A DNA stretch of 64,000 nt. Origin: Tetramitus jugosus. Its lineage: Eukaryota; Protista; Heterolobosea. The position numbers and the translations under genes are program-made. The notes under the pieces were generated by a model that saw only the letters and a list, made by a program, of their open reading frames with translations, was not told where the DNA came from and did not search any database. The DNA is taken from the NCBI GenBank assembly GCA_937625935.1, contig OW569387.1, positions 248,001 to 312,000 of the forward strand. The letters are read 5' to 3'. Shown here piece by piece: positions 22,360-33,950 of this stretch (position 1 is its first letter; every line of letters starts with the position of its first letter).

Positions 22360-25300
22360 TTGTTTCGAAATAAAGATGTTGGCAAGGCTGCGTTCGGAAA
22401 CACTACCAAAGGAGAGAAACCCTTTGCGGTTGATGATGATGTGCCCATGTCATCTCATGACACCAAGAACAAACACTTACAAGCCAAGACAGGTTCTACT
22501 GAACAACAACAAGACAATTCTGGTAGTTCTGATGTTGGTCAACAAAGAGAAGAAGAAGCAAATAACAACGACACTGAACTAGGTGTCCATGCTTGGCAAA
22601 GGGACCCAGAAAGAGACAAGATTCTCGGGTTTTTCTTCATTGCGGGTCAACCCATTCCCAGAGACATCTTTCATTCAATCATGTTGTTCATTCCGGCTTT
22701 TCCCTATTATTTCATGTTGAGATCGGTGTGTTCTCAATGGCTGTACGAATTCCAAGAACAAATCTATGGTAATGTCACGTACTTGAGTCTGGTGGATGAT
22801 GGCAGGCCAAAGTATTATCTCCGTAGGTGTGGTGACGATGGTAAGCAAGAATTGGTTTCATTCAAATCAATTGATTTCACAGGAAAGGGATGTCGATTGG
22901 ACGAAGTAGATTATAGAACCAAAAACTATAACAGGACTGCTATATTTGAGTTCTTGGCGAATGTGTTTTCCAATGTGAAGCATCTTCGGTTGGACATGGG
23001 CACCTTTTTCTGTCGACCCAACCTCAATCATTGTCTCAGAACTCTGTTACCAAAGCTAACTCGACTGGAAACATTTGATGTGTTGGGAACGAATCAAGCT
23101 TACTTGAAGCGTCACGCTTGGGGAGGGTCAACTTCGATAACCGAACTAGAATTGGACACTATTGCTCGTTCATTACCAAGTTCGACAAAAAACCTTAATT
23201 TCATTGGTGTGTACTTCAACTATAGTCGTGCTTTGGAGCTGCTCACAATCTTTTCAGGAACGGGAAGATCGGTAAGAGATATGTCGTATCCAAGTCATTC
23301 TCCTAAATAATAGGACACCAATCACTGTGGATATTCAGCACCTTACTTTACCCTACTTGTGCTTGAATTCCTCTTATTCGCCCAATGGGCCAACGTTGAA
23401 GGTTGATGGGGAACGCATCAAACAAATGTATTCACACTTTGAAGTGTCAATAGTGGGGCCAAATACTGATTCGTCCCGTCTACAGGTGCCTGTTGTTTCC
23501 TATGTTAATTATCTGAATTACATGTCAAAGAAAGAGGGAATTGTCCTATCACACATGGGATGCGCTCTGAGAACAGAGACCAAAGAAATACTCGAAACAA
23601 CAATCGATATGGCTGTTAGGGAATATCCTTATTTCTGCCCTCTTCTCTCCCTACCAGCATTGAGGACTAAGTCTTTGCTTTCTCCATACACGAAATTAGA
23701 TGCAAACTTCGTTTTCCAAGATGCGAGCACAGGTGTTAAAGCCTTGGAGTTGCTCACAAATCCTGATCGAATGAAATATCCAGAATTAGTACTGAATGTC
23801 AATAGTCCGTTAGATTGGAACAGCGGGTGTACGCTCCTAAGTCACCTGATATCCCAATGTTCAAACGAGGAAGGATTGACATTGATTAAGGCATTAGTAG
23901 AGGATTACAAAGCTTCGTTGGCTGTAAATGGAGTTCGTAACTATCTTGCAGAACTGATGGCTACTCATCTGCCTCATACTACCCACTGGACCAATCTAAT
24001 GAAATACTTGTTGTCGATCAAACCTGAGTTAATAGTTCTTGGAAATCCACAAGGAATCATTGTCGATGATCAAAGGAATCTCCCACTCATCCAATTGTTC
24101 CTCCAAGAACATCACGCGTCAGACTGTTTGGGTGATGTCAAATACTTAGTATCAGCAGGAGCCTCACTCACACAAGTGGACGAAGACGGAAATAACGTTC
24201 TTCATGCCGCCTATAAGTCTGTGCGAATTGATGTGGTGGAATATCTTCAGTCGGTGTGTCCTGAGAATTTATTGTTCGAAAGAAACAAAATTGGCCAAAC
24301 TCCTATCGAGCAAATTTTTCCACCGAACAGTTATCTCGAATATCTTGATATTACTGTTCAAATCCGATTCCTGCGTCATATGACCAAGTTGCCTTGCTTC
24401 AAGAATCAACCGTTGCAAAGCTACAAGACATCATGTGGCAATTTACTACACAGTGCTTCGTCAAGTTCTAATATACAAATAATCCAATGGTTGTTGAGTA
24501 ATGGTTTTGATGGAAACGCATTGAACGAGAAGGGCGAAAACGCTCTATTCTATTCCAAAACAGGCCCAACAAGTCAATTTTATGGGTATAATCATGCACG
24601 GCCAGGGAGTAATCTCACTATCAAGCAAGATTCCTATGTGGATGAATATGCTTCTGAATTGATCAAATCAGGAGCAAAAGTTGACCTTGAAAACAACGAG
24701 GGACAAACTGTTGTGACTTCAGCACTTCGAAACAACAATTACGCACTGATTAATATTAATGTTCAGAAGCCATCCATCTCGTCCAAACCACTGTCCACAC
24801 TCTTAAGCCCAAGAATGCAAAATGGATTCAATGCTTTGCATTACATCTTCAACAAGATGGTCAATGTAACGGATTTATGGACGTCCACGAGCAAAAAGCA
24901 AAAGGTATTCCAGCTCGGCTCTTATCCTGTGGCAAAGCATTGCGCACTACTTTGTCTTGAGCACTACCCTGAAATGCTATATGAACGATCCGAATCATCA
25001 CAAGACGAGGACCTCAAAGATATTTCTGGTGTTAGTCCTCTTCAGATTTTGCTCGAAGCATCAAAAGTTTTATTCTTGTTGAATGAGTTATCGATCAAGC
25101 TGAGTGCTATTGCCAATAAGCCTGTTTTTTCAAGCCAGAGTTCTGATGTTGTAGCTCCTATTCCTGTAATGTATCTCGCGTTAGAGGTAGCAATAGAGAC
25201 TCCAATGTTCGACAAATTGATGAATTATACGAACAACGTACTCGTCCGAGACGAAACACAGGGAACGAAACCAAACCTTTTGCATATTGCTGCCGAAAGA

Positions 25301-26181
25301 GATGCCTCTCTATGTCAGTGCATCATCAAGCATTGGAAGAAGAAGTATAATAACAAGGAAGAGCTGTCTAAATTGATAAGCATGCCGCTAGAAAATGGTG
25401 TCGTTGATGGACGAAAGCCCAGAAATGCCGCCCTGATAGCTTGTATGTTGGGTAGCTACGAAATCTTTTCCGTGCTCTGGCCGACTTGGCTTGAAATGCT
25501 AGTGCAAGTACCGTCTGAGGTAGTTGATACCGAAGAAGGAAGTGGCATCCAGCGTTTGAGCACAATGCAACTCATAGTGTCAGAGATTGCAGGCTACATG
25601 TTCAGTTGGCTAGTTCGTCACTATTGTGATGAGACATTGTTGGATCGTGCTGTGAGGGTTGTTGACAACAGAACAGGGAACACTCTCTTGCACTTGTTGA
25701 CAAGTGGTACCCACTACTCATTTGTCGGCAATGATTTATCTTCTATTCTACATTCTACTGTCTGTTGTTGATCGATTCAAGGTGGAGGGTGATGCACCAA
25801 CAGAAACAAAGGGGTCCAAGACAAAACTACCCTCTCTTGATCACCTGAACACCAAAGATCTGACAGAGTTTGTCAATTTCAAGAACAAGATTGGTAGGAC
25901 GTGCAGTGAACTCTCTACAACCAATTCTACATGATCTGCTCGTCTTTGGAGCTAATCTTGAGATTAAGGATTCTGATGGCAAAACACCTTTACTCATGGG
26001 CAGTTCGGCCACCTTTATTGTTAAAAACTTCTTGAATATGAGGGATGGTAAGTCAGAAAAGAGAAAGGCCACAAGGAAGAAAGAGGCTGATGATGAAGAA
26101 TCGGATAATGTTGAAGAAGATGATGATGGCGACTATGGCTCAAGTAACCCAAGAAAGAGAATAAGAATGACGAATGACTAA
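22360..26181 (+). CDS. Large F-box plus ankyrin-repeat protein, split across four frames (probable intron from 23272; frame changes near 25730-25900)
   Basis: IPRDIFHSIMLFIP...LRSVCSQW F-box; ankyrin motifs DEDGNNVLHAA, NEKGENALF, TGNTLLHLL, GANLEIKDSDGKTPL. Confidence 0.7.
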
Positions 26182-26236
26182 GAAATAAGTTCTTTACTAA
26201 AGTAATTTTGGTATGGGATACTAAAGAATTCGTGTA

Positions 26237-27673
26237 TTACATCTTTGTGACAACTGTTGTATCAGAATAGAGTCCCTTTTGCTGAGTCGCGAATAGTTTG
26301 TTGGAGAAGGTGGAGTGACTCTTCGGCACACTGTACAATAGGGCGTGGTTCCCGGTTGAAGGACAGGCTATTAGGAGTTCATTGTTATAGAATGAATTCG
26401 TCGAAACCCAGGGCACATAAACTTCAGAAACCGAACTTATATCCTTCTCGAGTTGAATCATCGAATGCTCCTGATCAGAACTCACGAACACTCTGGATCC
26501 GCAAGTATAAGTTATTCCTTGCTTTGTACTAAACACTGTAAAATTCACTCCACAACTGAAATCGAGCACAGTTCCAATCGACAGAGGAATCTGAGTGACG
26601 ATCAATTGATTGCCAATAGTAGGAAGTCCCAGAGCGCCGTGTGAGTTCTCTCCACAACCATAAAAATTGTTTGAGTGTGTTCGAAACACAGTGAAATAAC
26701 TTCCACATCTTGCATCAACAACTTTCTCATCTGGTGGAACACCATTCACCAAAGTGGGACTCACTACATTGATTGGATAAAAAGAGTTCAATCCACATTG
26801 GCCATGGCCATTATGACCCCAAGCATATGCTGACCCATCCTCTGCAATCACTATAGAATGCCATTGACCACACTGTACCTTCTTAATTACCTTCAATCCA
26901 CAGAGATCCGGATGATCTACTCCGAGAGGAGTGCGACTCTCTCTGTTATTGCTCCCTTGACCGAGAGAGCCAAATCCACAGTACCCGGAAGAATAAACAC
27001 AATTGTCAACCGTTACAAACACTGTATGAAATGCACCGGGTGAAACACACTTTAACTTTTTGCCCTCGACTCTGTCCAATCTCAAAGCACAAAATATCTT
27101 GTCATCCCAAGTTGATCTTCCGCACTCCCCATGATTGTTGAACCCTGCGAAGAACACAGACTCGTATCCTTCACTGATGAAGAATGAATGGAGACCTCCG
27201 CAAGTTGTTTCAACAATATCACAATAGGACAACTCTGGTATCAGTGTCACCTGGTTCAAGAAGGGAATCGTATCAGGTAGCGCACAAGCACCATTAGAAT
27301 TACTACCACAACAAAATACGCGCCTCTGATTGGTCACAAACAGTGAGTGAAATTGACCACAGGACACATGCTGCACGTACTCACCTGGCTGAAACAATTC
27401 CTTCTCAGATGGAAACTCCTGTCCGATGGTTCCATATTGCACCACTTGAACAAACGACTCGACAAGATCATTGGTGCTACCACTCGATGACCCCAGAACA
27501 AGATACTCGTGGCTTTCCTCTGTATACTTGTTGTCCTCATAGTATGCACGATTGAATCCAGTTTGATCAACTTGGGTGTCGCCAGCACCAAAGACATTCA
27601 ACCCTCTTTGAACTTTTTCTTGTGACATTTCTCTCTGCTTGTTGTTCGTTTGATGTGTGAACTTTTGGGCCAA
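26237..27673 (-). CDS. RCC1-repeat beta-propeller protein
   Basis: Repeats VSCGQFHSLF, CGGLHSFF, VQCGQWHSIV..YAWGHNGHGQCG, FSCGVNFTVF; start codon uncertain. Confidence 0.9.
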   Translation of the reverse strand: MAQKFTHQTNNKQREMSQEKVQRGLNVFGAGDTQVDQTGFNRAYYEDNKYTEESHEYLVLGSSSGSTNDLVESFVQVVQYGTIGQEFPSEKELFQPGEYVQHVSCGQFHSLFVTNQRRVFCCGSNSNGACALPDTIPFLNQVTLIPELSYCDIVETTCGGLHSFFISEGYESVFFAGFNNHGECGRSTWDDKIFCALRLDRVEGKKLKCVSPGAFHTVFVTVDNCVYSSGYCGFGSLGQGSNNRESRTPLGVDHPDLCGLKVIKKVQCGQWHSIVIAEDGSAYAWGHNGHGQCGLNSFYPINVVSPTLVNGVPPDEKVVDARCGSYFTVFRTHSNNFYGCGENSHGALGLPTIGNQLIVTQIPLSIGTVLDFSCGVNFTVFSTKQGITYTCGSRVFVSSDQEHSMIQLEKDISSVSEVYVPWVSTNSFYNNELLIACPSTGNHALLYSVPKSHSTFSNKLFATQQKGLYSDTTVVTKM

Positions 27674-27696
27674 AGTTCAAATGCAAAAAGTTCTAT

Positions 27697-28275
27697 TTAT
27701 TTAATTTTGTGTGAAAGCCACTCAAAAGCTTCCTTGATGCCTTGTTCATTCACTACAGATGTCATAAATACTTCGAGTGGTCTGGTGGCAGGCTTATCAG
27801 TGTTAGATTTTCCAGTTGTCTGAAGTCCCAATACACTGCGAAGTTCCATTTCTGTGATTGCATCGTGTCTGTCAGACTTGCTGCCCAAGATCATTACAGG
27901 GGTACTGGCAATCATCTCGTCATACAACAAGCCATACAGTTCTTTCTTTGCTTCATCGAAGCGATACTTTTCATTTGCACCCACCATGAACACAATACCT
28001 TGAATATCAATAAAGTATTGTTTCCAAAGAGTTCGAGCAGCTTTCTGACCTCCGAGGTCAAATGCTGTCATTGTACAATTTCCAACCTTTACCGTATCTC
28101 GATTGGAGTACTGAGTAGGTGCATGTTGAATCATTTTACCTGAGCGCAGGTAGTGACACAAGGTGGTTTTGCCGGCATTGTCCAATCCAAGAAAGAGAAC
28201 TTTGCTTGGTGTTGGTGTGATGAACAGAGAACTGATCCATGAGAAGAAGTCAAAAAAGTAGGATACGAGAAACAT
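27697..28275 (-). CDS. Sar1-like small GTPase (divergent)
   Basis: LFLGLDNAGKTT, HAPT, FDLGGQKAARTLWKQYF, RPLEVFMTSV...AFEWLS. Confidence 0.85.
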   Translation of the reverse strand: MFLVSYFFDFFSWISSLFITPTPSKVLFLGLDNAGKTTLCHYLRSGKMIQHAPTQYSNRDTVKVGNCTMTAFDLGGQKAARTLWKQYFIDIQGIVFMVGANEKYRFDEAKKELYGLLYDEMIASTPVMILGSKSDRHDAITEMELRSVLGLQTTGKSNTDKPATRPLEVFMTSVVNEQGIKEAFEWLSHKIK

Positions 28276-29178
28276 GATTCCTTATGAGCAAGTGTTTGTT
28301 TTGTACAGAGGTAAGGGTATGCTTTTGAATATGGCAGTTGGTACCAGGTCAGCTATTTAAGTTTGTGTTATTTGTTTGTAAGTATGAGGACTCTCCTGGA
28401 AAATGTCCTCCAGTTTAATTCTGTTTCCGAAAATTGAACGCGTGTTCTCTCTGACGCACCAGGCTAACCACATGTCTCCGTTCACTGTGCTCTGACGAAC
28501 AAAATGACAAATTTAGTGCAGGCAAACACAACAATAGTGCAGACCATATCTTCTTCCTCTTCTTTATGGCATGATCTGAACTCACTCCCCATTCTTCGAA
28601 AAAAAAAGCATGTTGCTTCTGAACTCAAAAAAAGGTGGCAAACAACTCAAAGAGAGCAGCACATCCATCGATGACAGAGGAAGCGCAACCACAACCTGAT
28701 TTCCAACAATCATCATCAGAAGAACAACAACAGCAAGTCGACAATAACAATACGGAAAGTGATGAAAAGAGGACAAAAAAGAGCGAAACCTGATCGTTCC
28801 GTTCAGAATCAGCAACCAAGACCAACGAATAGACCCATTGGTAAGAAAATGATGCGATTCACAAAGAACGACGAAGCTACATGAGACATATGACGATCGT
28901 GTACAATGTCGTCATCCTATCCCTTGAGATTCCTCATTTTCGTCGTCAAGCTTACCTTTCTGAAATCCTCCGACTGCGGCGTAAATAATTTGAGTCAGGG
29001 GAAATTTGTAATTATCCCGAGAGGAGGTGGTCTTGCTTCTGTGTGTTATCTTGTTTTTTTGTGTGTGCATCGAAGTTCACTGAAGCAAACAACAACAAAA
29101 CACTCAAAGTCGTGGATACTGGTCCAATCATCATAAAATCTTTATTGAAGTCGAAACATCCTTCCAAAGAGAAGATTC

Positions 29179-30537
29179 ATGTCGTTTCTTCATCTCCACA
29201 ATGAATGGAACAATAACAACAACAATGAACACTATTTTGACAGTTTACAAAACATGTTAATGGATGAGTTGTCACCCATACCCAATTTTCGAAATCGTAC
29301 ACGTCCACCACCTCTCACTGAATCTCAACAACGTGCTCTACTCATCTCAAAAGGAGTGTTTGGTGGATTGAGTTTTGCGTTGACATTCTTGTTTGTTGTT
29401 TATGTCGTTCTGAGATCACTGTACACTTTTCCTTGGCGCGGTCTTTTTCAACGATTGCGGAGAAATAAGCGCCGCCCAATGGCATCTACGACACTGACGA
29501 GTCAATTGGAGGAGCACGCGATGCGAAAGAGTTTTTTGGAGCAAGTGGAGCAAGAGTGCTTTATTTTTTCTCGGCCAATTACAAGAATTTTTTTCTTTCT
29601 GCAGTTGGCCAATTGTGTGTCCATTTCTCAGATTTTTCTCGAAGTTTCACATGCCAGTGAAAAGTATCACTTTTTCTGTATGTATCAAGCCATTCTGGTT
29701 CAATACTTTGGTTTAGCAAAGATTTTTTGGTCGTTGATCATGGCGATTTGGATGTTTTGGATCTTGGTTGTCAAGAGAGGAAATCGGTTGAGGCATTTGG
29801 AGCTGTGCTCTCATATAGCTGGTTGGTCGTTCCCTCTGTTGTTAACAGTGATTCCTTGGGCTGTGGGATCACTAGGAGACGCAGGTGGTTATTGTTGGAT
29901 ACGTGGTGACAGAAAGATCGATGTAGTGATGCGTTTTGTCACCCATTTTGTACCATTTTGGATCAGTGTTCTCATTACGTGTGTACTGTGTGGTGTGACG
30001 TTGATTCATGTGATTCGAACACAGCGAGCTTCGTTTCACTTTTTGGGTACGAGAGCGAAAAAGGTGGGTCAACTCAAAACGAGCATGAAGCTTTATATGA
30101 AGCTCTTTGGTCTCCCGTTCATTTACGTACTCGTATCGATTACTCCATCTGTGTTGAGAATGATGGAAGCAGGTCGTATTCATCCTCCATTCTGGTTCCT
30201 GTTACTCAACAGTTTCTTTGCAATGTCTCAGGGTCTTTGGAACACGGTCGTGTTTGTGCTCAGTGAGATTATTGGATACGGTTGTGATGCAATTGATAAG
30301 AATGGAAGATATTTGCAAGACGAGGATTTGCCCAAGCATAATCGATGGGACAACTCTCAGGATTATTCATCTGAAGATGCAATGGACGACGAGTTTGGGA
30401 CAGAGGGATATGATCACGTGCGATACTCTGCTTACATGTCGCCCTACACTGGTGATCAACCAGAGGCTGATTATCAACGAGTGAACAATGATACCAGTGA
30501 AATGCGATATGGTCCTACAGAGACATTTATTGACTGA
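29179..30537 (+). CDS. 7TM G-protein-coupled receptor, cAMP-receptor/GCR1-like family
   Basis: Seven hydrophobic helices; CMYQAILVQYF, GDAGGYCWI, SQGLWNTVVF. Confidence 0.85.
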   Translation: MSFLHLHNEWNNNNNNEHYFDSLQNMLMDELSPIPNFRNRTRPPPLTESQQRALLISKGVFGGLSFALTFLFVVYVVLRSLYTFPWRGLFQRLRRNKRRPMASTTLTSQLEEHAMRKSFLEQVEQECFIFSRPITRIFFFLQLANCVSISQIFLEVSHASEKYHFFCMYQAILVQYFGLAKIFWSLIMAIWMFWILVVKRGNRLRHLELCSHIAGWSFPLLLTVIPWAVGSLGDAGGYCWIRGDRKIDVVMRFVTHFVPFWISVLITCVLCGVTLIHVIRTQRASFHFLGTRAKKVGQLKTSMKLYMKLFGLPFIYVLVSITPSVLRMMEAGRIHPPFWFLLLNSFFAMSQGLWNTVVFVLSEIIGYGCDAIDKNGRYLQDEDLPKHNRWDNSQDYSSEDAMDDEFGTEGYDHVRYSAYMSPYTGDQPEADYQRVNNDTSEMRYGPTETFID

Positions 30538-30916
30538 GAGGGGAGAGTGATATGATATCTCATCACAGATATCTTGTATTGATTGTATTTTTTTGTATAT
30601 TTATTCATTTGACAGACGACTTCCAGAAACAGAGTTTGTCAAATAAAGGAGAACCACACGATCGTGTGTGGCACGTACATGCATGTTTATCCAACACATA
30701 TCATCTGCCAGATGCGAACACTACTACATCTGCCAAAAGTTGATTCTGCCTGGCTGAACTTTTCACTTCTAGTTCTGCGGATAAATCCTCTGTCCAATCA
30801 AAATGGCAAAGGAACAAACGCGCGCCATCCAGAACACCAAAACGAACCCGCACAAAAAAACACTGAAAAAGAAACAAATTGAACGAAGTAACAAGAATAA
30901 CAAAACAAGCGAGTGA

Positions 30917-32173
30917 ATGAGTGCGACAACAACATCGTCATCACCCTCATCGTTGTCAACAGCAGCAACGACAGTAGTGACCACAACAACATTACAACAA
31001 GCTTCACATCATCAACAACAACAACAACAACAACATGAACATTATCAACAGCACAACAAACACACGAAAACAATTGGTAAAAATTTACTTGCAGGTACGC
31101 ACGCACTCACAGATTCAACACTCCATCATCATGTCCCATTTTCTCACATTCAATTTCGTCTTTTTAAATCATCCATTTGATGTGATGACACACACACACA
31201 CAACAAAAAAAATTTCTTGTGTATAGGTGCAATGGCACGATGCGGTGCAGCCATCATCATGTTCCCCATTGACGTTGTCAAAACACGACTCCAATTTCAA
31301 ACCAATCAAATGACACAAAAAAAAATCATTACCAAGTATTACACGAGTGGTTTCAACGCATTCACCAGTATCATCAAAGAAGAAGGTTTGCGTGGCATGT
31401 ACCGTGGTCTCACTGTTCGTCTCATTTATATTACTCCGGCTGCTGCCGTTAGCTTTACTGTGTATGAGAGCTTTACTCATGCACTTCACAATCAAAACAA
31501 GGATTCCTTCTCGTGGAAGACACCTGCAGTCACGTTGGCTGCGGGTGCTGCTGCAAGAGTATTGGGTACAGCGTGCAGAACACCGTTTGATATTTTGAAG
31601 CAGCAGCTTCAAGTCGATGGACAGTTGAATAGGCCTTCACTGAGAAATATGGGTTTGGTCAATTCGATGAAGCATATTGTAAAGGCGAATGGACTGAGAG
31701 GGTTTTATGCCGGTTATGGTGTCACTCTGATGAGAGATGCTCCGTTTGCTGCCATTTATTTTACGACGTATGATTTTATGAAGACGATTGTTTTTGGCGG
31801 GAGCGGAGTTTCTTCGACTACGACGGCGACGGGTGATTCTGGGGAACAACAACAGAGTAGTGTCAATGCGGATCCAATGAAACATGTGAAGCATCTCACG
31901 TCGGGTGCCGTCGCTGGATTCACATCCACATGTCTAACCATACCTGTTGATGTGGTAAAGACGCGACTACAAACACAGACAAAACTGGGAGAAGTGTACT
32001 ATGATGGCATATGGGACGCATTCAGAAAGATTAAGAGAGAAGAGGGATGGCGTGCATTTACAAAGGGACTGGGACCACGATTATCGTACATTATGCCTGC
32101 AAGTGCGCTCACATTTACACTGTACGAGAGTCTAAAAACAATTTTACAATATAGTTATGAGGAAGATTCTTGA
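30917..32173 (+). CDS. Mitochondrial carrier (SLC25) protein; intron 31095-31226
   Basis: Three PxD/ExxK signatures (PIDVVKTR, PFDILKQQ, PVDVVKTR); GT-AG intron joins KNLLAG to AMAR in frame. Confidence 0.92.
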
Positions 32174-32314
32174 AAAATAAGCATACCATGTGTCACTCTT
32201 TTTGTTTTGCATTTTCATTTTCATTCCATTTTCCTGTTTCTCCGATTGTCGAAAAAGTTCATTCTTTTGTGGAACTTGAACAGATTCACAACGATATTGT
32301 TATTTTGATCAACG

Positions 32315-33808
32315 ATGGAGTGCCAACAAGTTATGATCATGACCAATCAATTACACTCATTGTTGTTGAGTGCACTATCACTCATTGCACAAGACAACAA
32401 AGTTTCTCGTCTCTTATTTGTTCAATTGCATCAAATGATGATTGAAGAGCTTCAATCCTTGTGCAATTCGTCAAAGTACAGTACAAACGATTCTCAATAT
32501 TCTCTATTGCAACAATGGATTCAAGAGCTACAAACTTGCATTGCTCAAGTGATTCAACAACAAGAAGAAAAACTGTTGTTGGATCTGAAGCAAAAGAAAG
32601 AGTCAGAACGTGACAATACTCAAGTACCACCACAGTGTCTGGTGAGAATGGACTCATTTCTGTACAAATTGTTCAAAGGTAGAGCATCTGTTTTGCATGC
32701 ACTCAAGAATCACAGTGTGGAAACATTGGCAACAAGTGAGTATAGACAATGGATGTCCACCAAAGTTCCGGTTGATTCCGACATGTACGAGTCACTGTGT
32801 CAAAAGTTGGACGAGTACCATCGAGCTGTGCTCGAAGAGAATGCACCAAAACAAAATGAGGTGCGCAAGACTGTGAAGAGTTCGGCACCGACGTTGCCCC
32901 GTCATCGTTTCACAAGAACAAAGAATGATATTAAACGGATGCCGCGCTTATCATTCTCGGGCAAGGCTTTGTGTGCGTCCACTATGAAAAAAATTGAACT
33001 GCATTTGGGCAAGAGGGCATTTGTGATTGAAAATGTCCTTACCACAGAGGAGTGTCAGGAGTTGATTGATCTCTCATGTAAAATTGGATACAACAGCATA
33101 GAAAAAGAGTTTGCGAAGGATGCAAGAGACAATCAGAGAGCTCTTATCATTTCACACGAGTTGGCAGATGTTTTATGGGCCAGAATCTGTCCATTTGTCG
33201 AACATGATGAAGATATATTGAAAATGGCACCTTTCGGATTCAACTCGCACGGCAAATGGAGACCCTGTGGATTGAATCCATGCTTCCGGTTCTGTGCCTA
33301 CTTTGCTCCGTGCATTGGCTTCATTCCGCATCGAGATGCCAACTTTGTACAAGATGAAAACAATCGATCTGTCTTCACCTGCATGCTCTATCTGAACGAA
33401 GAGTTTGAAGACGGTACAACGAATTTCTTGAAATCTGCTGGTGGCAAGTCTGATGAAACAGTCAAAGAAGAACTGGAGCGCTCTGGTGGATGCTCTGTTG
33501 AGTACACGTTGAAACCAAAGACCGGCATGGTTGTTATATTTGATCACCTGTTGCTGCACGAGGGATCTCCTGTGCCATCAGGCAACAAGTTTATCACGAG
33601 AACTGATCTCGTGTTCAATCGGTACGAAAATCCATATCCTGAGAGGGATGATTGGCTGCGGGATCCAAGCTACATCAAGATGGTTAACTATTACAAGGAT
33701 GCCGCAGAAGCCGAATGTCACGGCAATGTACAACTATCGAGTGAACTGTACGAGAAGGCCTTGTCCATACGTCAGAATCATGTCGATACATGGCAACCAC
33801 CAACATGA
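32315..33808 (+). CDS. 2-oxoglutarate/Fe(II) dioxygenase (prolyl-4-hydroxylase-like)
   Basis: NVLTTEECQELI, LNPCFRF, PHRD, LYLNEEFEDGTT, LLHEG, KFITRTD. Confidence 0.85.
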   Translation: MECQQVMIMTNQLHSLLLSALSLIAQDNKVSRLLFVQLHQMMIEELQSLCNSSKYSTNDSQYSLLQQWIQELQTCIAQVIQQQEEKLLLDLKQKKESERDNTQVPPQCLVRMDSFLYKLFKGRASVLHALKNHSVETLATSEYRQWMSTKVPVDSDMYESLCQKLDEYHRAVLEENAPKQNEVRKTVKSSAPTLPRHRFTRTKNDIKRMPRLSFSGKALCASTMKKIELHLGKRAFVIENVLTTEECQELIDLSCKIGYNSIEKEFAKDARDNQRALIISHELADVLWARICPFVEHDEDILKMAPFGFNSHGKWRPCGLNPCFRFCAYFAPCIGFIPHRDANFVQDENNRSVFTCMLYLNEEFEDGTTNFLKSAGGKSDETVKEELERSGGCSVEYTLKPKTGMVVIFDHLLLHEGSPVPSGNKFITRTDLVFNRYENPYPERDDWLRDPSYIKMVNYYKDAAEAECHGNVQLSSELYEKALSIRQNHVDTWQPPT

Positions 33809-33950
33809 TAATAAAATGGAAACGATACCCCAGATTGTGCACCGATTCACTTCTTCCTTCAAACGGACTTTTTGTGAATTCCAGCCAACAAGAGAAACAG
33901 CAAAAAAAGAGAACATAAAAAATAATTTTAAACAAGTTGGCGACGCAGAT

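Noticed and set aside
28280-29170. Short ORFs between the Sar1-like and GPCR genes
   Set aside because: No recognisable motifs; cannot support a gene call
33531-33950. N-terminal extension of the HTATSF1 ORF overlapping the dioxygenase gene
   Set aside because: Non-ATG ORF-caller extension; no recognisable protein signal before about 33951
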